Of a stretch of 64,000 bases of DNA, positions 24,255-41,918 are shown one piece after another. The position numbers and the translations under genes are program-made. Under the pieces are notes generated by a model. That model saw only the letters and a program-made list of their open reading frames with translations, was not told where the DNA came from and searched no databases. Origin of the DNA: Macrostomum hystrix (Eukaryota > Animalia > Platyhelminthes). The stretch covers positions 3,658,001-3,722,000 of the forward strand of contig CATNEN010000033.1 in NCBI GenBank assembly GCA_950097015.1, in the 5' to 3' direction. The first letter of the stretch is position 1. The number at the start of each line of letters is the position of its first letter.

Positions 24255-26670
24255 CAAACACTGGGTTAGCCAAGATTCAAACTCAGGTTTCGCCATGTTT
24301 TAAACCCTGCTGGGCTATGATTCAAACTCTCGTTTTACCATGATTCAGACTCTGGTTGACTATGATTCAAACCGTGGTTTGGCCATGATTCAAACTCTGG
24401 TTTAGCCATGATTCAAACGCTGTTTTTGCAATGATTCAAACTCTGGTTTAGCCATGATTCAGACTCTAGTTTAGCCATGATTCAGACTCTAGTTTAGCCA
24501 TGATTCAAACTCTGGTTTAGCCATGATTCAAACTCTGGTTAGCTATGATTCAAACTCTGGATTCACCTTGATTTAAATTTAGCCATGATTCAGACTCTGG
24601 TTTAGCCATGATTCAAACGTTGGTTTAGCCATGATTCAAACCTTGGTTTAGCCATGATTCAAACTCTGGTTTAGCCATGATTTTAACTTTAGTTTAGCCA
24701 TGATTCAGACGCTGTGATGATTCAAAGTCTGCTTTAGCCATGATTCAAACTCTGTTTTAGCCATGATTTAAACTCTGGTGTAGCCATGATTCAGACGCTG
24801 GTTTAGCCATGATTTAAACTCTGGTGTAGCCATGATTCAGACGCTGGTTTAGCCATGATTCAAACTCTGGTTAGCTATGATTCAAACTCTGGTTTCGCCT
24901 TGATTCAAACTCTGGTTTTGCCATGATTCAAACTCTGGTTTAGCCATGATTCAAACTCTGGTTTAGCCATGATTCAAACTCTGGTTAGCTATGATTTAAA
25001 CTCTGGATTCGCCTTGATTTAAATTTAGCCATGATTCAGACTCTGGGTTAGCCATGATTCAAACGTTGGTTTAGCCATGATTCAAACCTTGGTTTAGCAA
25101 TGATTTTGAATCATCCTTCAAACTCTGGGTTAGCCATGATTCAAACGCTGGTTTAGCCATGATTCCAACTCTGGTTTAGCCATGATTTAAGCTCTGGTTT
25201 AGCCATGATTCAAGCTCTGGTTTAGCCATGATTCTAACGCTGGTTTAGCCATGATTCTAACGCTGGTTTAGCCATGATTCAAACTCTGGTTTAGCCATGA
25301 TTTAAGCTCTGGTTTAGCCATGATTCAAGCTCTGGTTTAGCCATGATTCAAACTCTGGTTTAGCCATGATTCAAACTCTGGTTTAGCCATGATTCTAACG
25401 CTGGTTTAGCCATGATTGAAACTCTGGTTAGCCATGATTCAAACTCTGGTTTAGCCATGATTCAGACTCCGGTTGACTATGATTTAGACTCCGGTTGACT
25501 ATGATTCAAACTCTGGTTTAGCCATGATTCAAGCTCTGGTTTAGCCATGATTCAAACTCTGGTTTAGCCATGATTTAAACTCTGGTTTAGCCATGATTCA
25601 TACTCTGGTTTAGCCATGATTTAAGCTCTGGTTTAGCCATGATTCAAGCTCTGGTTTAGCCATGATTCAAGCTCTGGTTTAGCCATGATTCAAACTCTAG
25701 TTTAGCCATGATTCAAACTCTGGTTTAGCCATGATTCAAACTCTGGTTTAGCCATGATTCAAACTCTGGTTTAGCCATGATTCTAACGCTGGTTTAGCCA
25801 TGATTCTAACGCTGGTTTAGCCATGATTCAAACTCTGGTTTAGCCATGATTCAAGCTCTGGTTTAGCCATGATTCAAGCTCTGGTTTAGCCATGATTCAA
25901 ACTCTGGTTTAGCCATGATTCAAACTCTGGTTAGCTATGATTCAAACTCTGGTTTAGCCATGATTCAGACTCTGGTTTAACCATGATTCAAACTCTGGTT
26001 TGCCATGATTCAAGCTCTGGTTTAGCCATGATTCAAACTCTAGTTTAGCCATGATTTAAACTCTGGTTTAGCCATGATTCAAACGCTGGTTTTGCCATGA
26101 TTCAAACTCTGGTTTTGCCATGATTCAAACTCTGGTTTAGCCATGATTCAAACTCTGGTTTAGCCATGATCCAAACTCTGGTTTAGCCATGATTCAGACT
26201 GTGGTTTAGCCATGATTCAAACTCTGGTTTAGCCATGATTCAAACTCTGGTTTAGCCATGATTCAAACTCTGGTTTAGCCATGATTCAAACTCTGGTTTA
26301 GCCACGATTCAAACTCTGGTTTAGCCATGATTCAAACTCTTGTTTAGCCATGATTCAAACTCTGGTTTAGCCATGATTCAAACTCCGGTTTAGCCATGAT
26401 TCAAGCTCTGGTTTAGCTTGAACTCTGGCTGGCTATGATTCAAGCCATAGTTTAGCCATGATTCAAACGCTGGTTTAGCCATGATTCAAACTCTTGTTTA
26501 GCCATGATTCAAACTCTGGTTTAGCCATGATTCAAACGCTGGTTTAGCCATGATTCAAACGCTGGGTTAGCCATGATTCAAACTCTGGTTTAGCCATGAT
26601 TCAAACTCTGGTTTAGCCATGATTCAAACTCTGCTTTTGCCATGATTTAAACTCTGGTTTGCTTTGAAAG
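24255..26670. repeat. 23-bp satellite inside Helitron C
   Basis: Same unit as 16985-19150. Confidence 0.95.
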
Positions 26671-27962
26671 ATGATATTTTATTTACGAAATGAAAAAAAT
26701 AAATTTAAATAATCTTCAGTCACTACTGGCTGAAAATTAGTCTAAATTATTTGACGCAGTGCAGAATCGAACCCTAGCCTAGCCTAAACTATTCCTAGTG
26801 CCTACACATCGGCTATTCCGACTGTTGGTTAGTGGGTGCAAAAATCAGCCTTATAAAATGAATTCTTAAAGTTCTGGCTTTGTACAATGAAGTAAGAAAA
26901 TAGAGTACACTCAGTCTTGCGGTTTGTTGTGTACATTTATTTCCAATTTGTCTCCAGAGTGCAGGCTTTTAACTCAGTCAGCTAGTGGGTGTTGTGCAAG
27001 TTGATGATGCAATTCTAACTCAGTGGCAGTCAGTGAATGAAATTCTCAATAGGCCAAGATAGTTTGACCTTTGAAATGGTCAAAAAACATGTTTTTCGAA
27101 TATTTAATCCCCTTAGCAATAAAGTTAAGCTTAATAAAAATACGTGTATAATTGTCCCCATATTTAGCATCTTTTGGTGAAGAAATGGTGAAAATCGGTT
27201 GAGCCGTTCGGGAGAAAATCAATTACAAGCAACCAACCAAGCATTTCATTTTTAGTATATTAGAAGATTTGACGCAGTGCAAAATCGAACCCAAGCCTAG
27301 CCTAACCTATTCCTAGTGCCTACACATCGGCTATTCCGACTGTTGATTGGTGGGTGCAAAAATCTGCCTTATAAAATTAATTCTCAAAGTTCTGGCTTTG
27401 TACAATGAAGTAAGAAAATAGAGTACACTCAGTCTCGCGGTTTGTTGTGTACATTTATTTCCAATTTGTCTCCAGAGTGCAGGCTTTTAACTCAGTCAGC
27501 TAGTGGGTGTAGCGCAAGTTGATGATGCAATTCTAACTCAGTGGCAGTCAGTGAATGAAATTCTCAATAGGCCAAGATAGTTTGACCTTTGAAATGGTCA
27601 GAAAACATGTTTTTCGAATATTTAATACCCTTAGCAATAAAGTTAAGCTTAATAAAAATACGTGTATAATTGTCCCCATATTTGGCATGTTTTGGTGAAG
27701 AAATAGTGAAAATCGGTTGAGCTGTTCGGGAGAAAATCAATTACAACCAACCAAGCAAGCATTTCATTTTTAGTATATTAGAAGAAGAATTTTATTAAAA
27801 AACAGTGCTGTTAATCTCAAATCCATTACTTTTTTTTATATTTCTCAAATGTGCAATCATTGATTTCTTCTTTTGATTTCATTGCATAATTTTTATATGG
27901 TCTTTTTATTATACTAAGTAGTAAGATTTAAGATAAGATAGCAAAGACTTAGTACTACTAAG

Positions 27963-29044
27963 GGTGATTTTCAACTTTCCCACTCTAAATTATTTTACGA
28001 TGAATTCGAGTATGGGGGAGTTAAGTAAGAAAACATAAAAATAAGGGAAGTCACACAGCAAGGTATTAGTGGGCGATCCAGTACAAGATGTTGCCGAACT
28101 GCTTAGTGGAGAACTGGTGGTGCCACACGAATTCCTGCAGGTATGTGTCGAACAGCTGATCAGACATACCATGCATGGCACAGAATTTGGCCTTGCAATT
28201 ACCCCACATTCCCTCGACCTGGTTGGTATGAATGGATGGGTCATTTGGGTCGCAGAAATGTAGCATGTGGTTCACGGTGGCATGGTTGCCAGGCTATGCA
28301 TGATAGCCAGCCCACTGATCTGTGATGACTCTCATTCCAGGTAGGACATGTTGGGCAATCAGCAGTAGGAGAGTATCGGCTCGGCAGTCAGTGACTGGGA
28401 TGAGGACACAGCAACTGGTACCACGCTCAACCATGCCAAGGACCCAGTGGCCCTTGTGATACGCACCACGGTGGTACTTGCAGTGCATGAATTTGGACTC
28501 ATCGAATACAACATCGATGCCAGGTCCACTGAGCTGCGTTGGGTAGTCAATGAGGTACTGGGCGCATATGTTGCTTACAAAGTTAAACCAATCGACAAGG
28601 TTGTCCCTGGTGACACGGGTCTCATGTGCTGTATCTGTCAGGCATATATTGGCAGCCCAGAAATAGATTATGTCGATCAGCTGCATAAGGCTCAGGTGGC
28701 TACCCTCGAAGAATGAGCCCAGCCTAATCAACCGGTGCCTCTTGCAGTTTTTGCAGGACCAGCAGACACCATCAGCATAGTCCCGCCCAGCTCGACATTG
28801 GTAACCACACTGCTGGCCTGGGCATGCCATGGAATTGCGCAGCAGGCCTTGGTTGCAAGCCATTCAATTCCTGTCTCACCAGTCAGCCTGTCAGCTCCCA
28901 TTGGTTTACGTCCAGGTCGCATAGCTCAATTGTGGGCCTCAGAAGGTCAGGGTTGACAATAAACTGTGTTGCCTGTGGTTGGCCAGCCATGATCAGCTGA
29001 AAAAACACATAAAATAATTTAGAGCAGGAAAGTCGAAAATCGCC
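27963..29044 (-). mobile_element. Merlin (IS1016/IS1595-like) DNA transposon, full-length 1082 bp, defective
   Basis: 18-bp TIRs GGTGATTTTCAACTTTCC (27963-27980) / GGAAAGTCGAAAATCGCC (29027-29044); 8-bp TSD CTACTAAG (27955-27962, 29045-29052); internal ISXO2-like transposase. Confidence 0.92.
28051..28990 (-). pseudogene. Merlin/ISXO2-like DDE transposase pseudogene
   Basis: Motifs GPG..V.FDESKF..KYHRG, WVLGMVER, ITDQWAGY, TVNH, HTNQVEGMW, YLQEFVW; in-frame stops at 28294-28296 and 28066-28068; frameshift(s) near 28850-28890. Confidence 0.9.
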
Positions 29045-31240
29045 CTACTAAGTATTAAGTATAGTGTGCTGATTATTTAGTTATTATAATAGTAAAGCAC
29101 ACAGATTATTAGATTTTTTAAATATTATTATTACTAAGTAATTTGAACAAAAACTTTTAAAACTTTTTAATTTGTAATTGTGTAAATAAATATAAAAAAC
29201 TGCTTTTAAATGATTTCTGCTGTAATGTATTTTCATTTGCTAAAATCAACATTTTTGTTGGCCACAATTTTGTTTTGCAAACAAAAATGGTACAAATAGG
29301 GCCTATTGAATGCACTAAGGTAAGCATTAAGCACATTTGCTAAAAGTGCTATAAAAGTTGCAAATGTACTTTATTAGCCTACTGAATTAATAAAAACACT
29401 CTTAAAATAAAACTCTTTTATTTTTCAACTTTTAAATCATTTTTTCTACTACTTTCTGTTAGGAAAAATAATAAAAATATATATGTCATGCTTTATGGTA
29501 TTTTGCTTTTGGGTTTTATTGTCATACAAATACTTGTTTTGTGACATAATGAATGAGAATAGAACTAGAAAATAAAAAGCTCTAGCCTGCCAGTAGTGTC
29601 TATGCTAAATATTTCTTTATATTGTACCATAATCATAGTATGCCAACAATATCTGGGCTAGAGCCCTATAGTTAAGGAACTGTTGATTATTATGTTAGAG
29701 TTCTGAAGATATGAAACAGTTATAAATGCTCAACATACAAGCGCAACCTCCCAAATCTTAGCTGGCGGTGCAACTTAGTTTTTGCTCTCATTTGCAACTT
29801 AGTTCGTTTCATTGCTCTATTTACGACTTAGTTTGCTCTCATTTGCTCTCTTTTTCTCTCCCCTTTTTCCTTTTCTTCACGCCTTCCTTTTTTGTCCCTT
29901 GGTCCCCCCTCTGATTTTTTTGTGCTTGGTTGATTGGTTTTTGCGACTTACCTTGCTTGGCCCTTGTTTCACCCGGCCAGTTCGGCCGGGTGTTGCGCAT
30001 GTATGATGCTTAAGTTAAAGTAGGCATATATATATATATATATTACAAAAACAGTTTTTATGTAAACCAATAGTTGATTGTAGTATATTGAAAAAATGTG
30101 AGTTGATATTAGTCAATTTTTACTTTAATCTTTAACTTAACAGGCAAGGTCTGTCTATCAGTATCCATGGACAAAAACTGACAATATAGGCAAAGGCAAA
30201 ATGTACTGAAAGCAATTATTTTCTGAGATACTGGGCAAATAACACAATTTGCCATAACAGTGAATAAAAAGTTGCTTAATAATTATTTTTTAATTAGGCA
30301 TGGTGCAGTATGGGGCACATAAAACATTTTATGCTGATTCTAATAGATTTTAATATCATTCTGAACCAATCTGAGTAGTTATTATTACAATTAAAATACT
30401 TTACAATTTAGAAACTTTGTAAGAAAAAAAAGAAAAAAAGAGTGCAAAAGTAGAAATATAGTAAAGCTATTAGGTATTAAATAAATAGATTATTTTTTAT
30501 AGCCCATTTATTTACATGTTTTGTTGTTAAAAGTTATGTATTTCTATAATTTTTTTTAAACAACAATGGTTGAGCACAATTGAAAGAAGGCTTGCAATTG
30601 AAAGAATCTCTAAGTCTGCCCTCCATTTGATTCTCAATGAACAGCCCACTTAAAATACATTTTAAATGTATGTATGTATTAATGTATGGTTGGTCTGGGT
30701 GAGGTGTAAGTAGGAGAGGGAAGATGTGACAAATTTGGTGCAAGATAGACTATATTTAACATATTGCCAATATGCCAACAGAGGGTTTGCAGAGAAATAA
30801 CAAATGGTTGTCATCTTAATCCATTAGATCTGCATATTGGAGTTGACATTTTGCTTAATCTAGCATGCTAGAGACTTAGCATTAGCATAAATCTAGCTGA
30901 TACAAAATTATAGTTGTACTGTGAGATAAGTTAACTTTTACAGTGCTTAACTCAATTGTATTAAGTTATTTTGTATTTAAATTGAAACATACAACTAGAA
31001 TAATCAATTGGGGTTTATTACTACAATGCCATGTAAAAGACACTTAAATAGACAAGACAGTACACCATTTAATTTATAATTCAGATCTTTGAGAATTGAA
31101 AGTACATATTAATTATACTCGTAAGTACTTTATAAGTAAGAATGAAAAATTGGTTCCAATCTGCATGTCAACATATTTGGTGATTGTGCATGCATGCACA
31201 ATGTTCCAGTATGTTCTAATGATTTCATCTGACTCTTCAG

Positions 31241-37821
<6,581 letters not shown>

Positions 37822-38519
37822 AGCCTGGAGTCCCAAAGATTGTGTTCGGATGTTGTATAGCGCCAGGATTTTGTAAGATGCTGTTAAGAAAATAATGGTT
37901 GCAATATGGCGGCTGTGCCTTTTTTTTTAGCTGAGAACTAAAATGTACTTTTTAATTGATCAGTTTTGTACAGTTGCACTGTCTCTCATCTCTCATTTGT
38001 GCCCGGTATGTTCAAACTGCTGCAGAATTAAAAAAAAATTCACAAAAATTCTGTACAGTGCATGCTCATTTGCATGTCATTGTTCCGTGTGTTTTGTTAA
38101 TATGCCCTTGTTTAAGCACAACTCCACAACCGGTTCTACGCAGACAATGCCCCTCTATTATTCATATTGTAGTTTTTATATTCTATTTTTTCATATTCCC
38201 GATTATTAGTTTTTCCTCGGATCCATTTTCCCGGCATTTAAAAGTTTGCTTTGGCATCTGTTGCAAAATGGTTGACTCCAATTTGAATGCAGCGTCAATT
38301 CAAAGTTTTCTCTGTTCGCACATTTTTAGTTTTCGAATGTGTTAGAGGCGCTGATTTTGTTGTACAGAACTGGGTATATGTTTATAGCTGTTAGTCATTT
38401 TTAATTTCTTTTACACTTCTACTTCTTTTATTTTAACTAAACTTTTCATCTCTTTTCCTGTTATTGTTTTATTGCATGCTCTTTCCTGAATTATTCTGCA
38501 CTTTTCATTGATAAAAAAT

Positions 38520-40560
38520 CTACCTAGATAGACCTACAAACCTACGTAGATAGACCTACAAACCTGCGTAGATAGACCTACAAACCTACGTAGATAGACC
38601 TACAAACCTAAGTAGATAGACCTACAAACCTAAGTAGATAGACCTACAAACCTGCGTAGATAGACCTACAAACCTGCGTAGATAGACCTACAAACCTGCG
38701 TAGATAGACCTACAAACCTGCGTAGATAGACCTACAAACCTGCGTAGATAGACCTACAAACCTACGTAGACAGACCTACAAACCTACGTAGACAGACCTA
38801 CAAACCTACGTAGACAGACCTACAAACCTACGTAGACAGACCTACAAACCTGCGTAGACAGACCTACAAACCTGCGTAGATAGACCTACAAACCTGCGTA
38901 GACAGACCTACAAACCTGCGTAGATAGACCTACAAACCTGCGTAGATAGACCTACAAACCTACGTAGATAGACCTACAAACCTACGTAGATAGACCTACA
39001 AACCTACGTAGATAGACCAGCAAATCTACGTAGACAGACCAGCAAATCTACGTAGACAGACCAGCAACTCAGTGTAGATAGACCAGCAAATCTACGTAGA
39101 TAGACCTACAAACCTACGTAGATAGACCTACAAACCTAAGTAGATAGACCTACAAACCTAAGTAGATAGACCTACAAACCTGCGTAGATAGACCTACAAA
39201 CCTGCGTAGATAGACCTACAAACCTGCGTAGATAGACCTACAAACCTGCGTAGATAGACCTACAAACCTGCGTAGATAGACCTACAAACCTACGTAGACA
39301 GACCTACAAACCTACGTAGACAGACCTACAAACCTACGTAGACAGACCTACAAACCTACGTAGACAGACCTACAAACCTGCGTAGACAGACCTACAAACC
39401 TGCGTAGATAGACCTACAAACCTGCGTAGACAGACCTACAAACCTGCGTAGATAGACCTACAAACCTGCGTAGATAGACCTACAAACCTACGTAGATAGA
39501 CCTACAAACCTACGTAGATAGACCTACAAACCTACGTAGATAGACCAGCAAATCTACGTAGACAGACCAGCAAATCTACGTAGACAGACCAGCAACTCAG
39601 TGTAGATAGACCAGCAAATCTACGTAGATAGACCTACAAACCTACGTAGATAGACCTACAAACCTACGTAGATAGACCTACAAACCTACGTAGATAGACC
39701 TACAAACCTACGTAGATAGACCAGCAAATCTACGTAGACAGACCTACAAACCTACGTAGATAGACCTACAAACCTACGTAGATAGACCTACAAACCTACG
39801 TAGATAGACCTACAAACTACGTAGATAGACCAGAAAATCTACGTAGATAGACCTACAAACCTACGTAGATAGACCTACAAACCTACGTAGATAGACCAGC
39901 AAATCTACGTAGACAGACCTACAAACCTACGTAGATAGACCTACAAACATACGTAGATAGACCAGCAAATCTACGTAGACAGACCTACAAACCTACATAG
40001 ATAGACCAGCAAATCTACGTAGACAGACCAGCAACTCAGTGTAGACAGACCAGCAAATCTACGTAGACAGACCAGCAAATCCACGTAGACAGACCTACAA
40101 ACCTACGTAGATAGACCAGCAAATCAGTGTAGACCGACCAGCAAATCTACGTAGACAGACCAGCAAACCTACGTAGACAGACCTACAAACCTACGTAGAT
40201 AGACCAGCAAATCTACGTAGATAGACCAGCAAATCTACGTAGACAGACCTACAAACCTACATAGATAGACCAGCAAATCTACGTAGACAGACCAGCAAAT
40301 CTACGTAGACAGACCAGCAAATCTACGTAGACAGACCTACAAACCTACGTAGACAGACCAGCAAATCTACGTAGACAGACCAGCAAATCTACGTAGACAG
40401 ACCTACAAACCTACGTAGACAGACCAGCAAATCTACGTAGATAGACCTACAAACCTACGTAGACAGACCAGCAACTCAGTGTAGACAGACCAGCAAATCT
40501 ACGTAGATAGACCAGCAAATCTACGTAGACAGACCAGCAAATCAGTGTAGACAGACCAGC
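38520..40560. repeat. 22-bp satellite (TAGATAGACCTACAAACCTACG) with a 528-bp higher-order duplication
   Basis: Rare variant AGCAACTCAG at 39063 and 39591. Confidence 0.95.
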
Positions 40561-41294
40561 AAGTCTTCGTAGATGAATCTAAATAGATAAACTTGTTTGA
40601 TAGACCTACGTAGGTCGATGTATTTATTGTTTTTTTGCACCCTCTGACCAAGCACCTCATGTTTTGCACGTTTTCTCTTTAACCAGTAAATCACTGCTCA
40701 ACTGATGCCAGCTCTTATATTTGAGCACATCAAATTTGGGTACTATATCTATTAGTTGTCAAAATCTCTTTCCATTTTTATTGATTTTTTGGTGAATCTC
40801 CGAGCCAGTGTTTTTAGCTACTGCGAGTAGTCAGTCTCGTATTGTTGCTATTGAAAGCTTTTTTTATTCCACTGACAATTTGTGTTTGTGCAAGTTTTTT
40901 ACTAACCGTCTTTATCGGATTCCATCGCGGGCTAACTCGCTGACACAATCTACCGCTGTGTACACTTGTCGTTTCCATGCTTGTTTTGTTTGGCTTGTCT
41001 TCGGTGGTTAGAATTTTCTCTGCTTTGAATGGATTGTGAAGTGTGTACTTGTGTGCTTAATCACTGCTGTCACAGTCTTCAGTCTTCTATTCTATAATTA
41101 CTGCTCTGTACTGTGCACCTCTTTTTGTTCTTTATTTTTAATTAGTAAATAAAATCTGTTTTAGCCATACCTGCAGCAGCTGTTTTAACGCGTCTGTCTT
41201 TACGCGACACCTCAGCAAAACTGTTGCCGCCCGCGCTACTTTGCGCACCTTTGCTTTGCTAATTTTGCTTTGCAATTCTCCGACTCAGTTGAGT

Positions 41295-41815
41295 CTGTAG
41301 GAGTGGGATTTTGGATCACAGCCTGCAGAGGAAGTGGGATTTGGGATCACAGTCTGTAGGAGTGGGATTTGGGATCACAGCCTGCAGAGGAAGTGGGATT
41401 TGGGATCACAGTCTGTAGGAGTGGGATTTGGGATCACAGCCTGCAGAAGAAGTGGGATTTGGGATCGCAGTCTGTAAGAGTGGGATTTGGGATCACAGTC
41501 TGTAGGAGTGGGATTTGGGATCACAGTCTGTAGGAGTGGGATTTGGGATCACAGTCTGTAGGAGTGGGATTTGGGATCACAGCCTGCAGAGGAAGTGGGA
41601 TTTGGGATCACAGCTTGCAGAGGAAGTGGGATTTGGGATCGCAGTCTGTAGGAGTGGCACAGCCTGGTGAAGGAGTGGGATTTGGGATCACAGCCTGGTG
41701 AAGGAGTGAGATTTGGGATCACAGCCTGGTGAAGGAGTGGGATTTGGGATCACGGCCTGGTGAAGGAGTGGGATTTGGGATCACGGCCTGGTGAAGGAGT
41801 GGGATTTGGGTTCGA
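41295..41815. repeat. ~28-bp tandem repeat (GGAGTGGGATTTGGGATCACAGTCTGTA) upstream of the ADCK5 coding exon 1
   Basis: Direct inspection. Confidence 0.9.
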
Positions 41816-41918
41816 AGCATGAGAAAATGAGGGATCTTGTGAGTTTTGATCAGTTTTAAGTCAGTGACATTCTTAGGCTTACATTTTTCAGCCAGTTATC
41901 CCCTGACCGAGTCATTTA

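Larger units (their letters stand above)
23270..27267 (-). mobile_element. Non-autonomous Helitron copy C (~4.0 kb)
   Basis: 5' TCTTCTAATATACTAAAAATG at 27267; hairpin plus CTAG at 23270-23273, directly abutting the TC start of copy B. Confidence 0.88.
15965..27789 (-). mobile_element. Non-autonomous Helitron copy A, split into 15965-19233 and 27268-27789 by insertion of copies B and C
   Basis: Minus-strand 3' end has hairpin GCTCCCC-GAA-GGGGGGC then AAAACTTG CTAG|T; 5' end (T)TCTTCTTCTAATATACTAAAAATG; rejoining AAATGA^TTTGACGCAG restores the sequence seen intact in copy C (AAATTATTTGACGCAG). Confidence 0.85.

Noticed and set aside
15965-26670. Regular repeats as a CRISPR array
   Set aside because: Units are contiguous with no unique spacers, there are no cas genes, and the DNA is eukaryotic.
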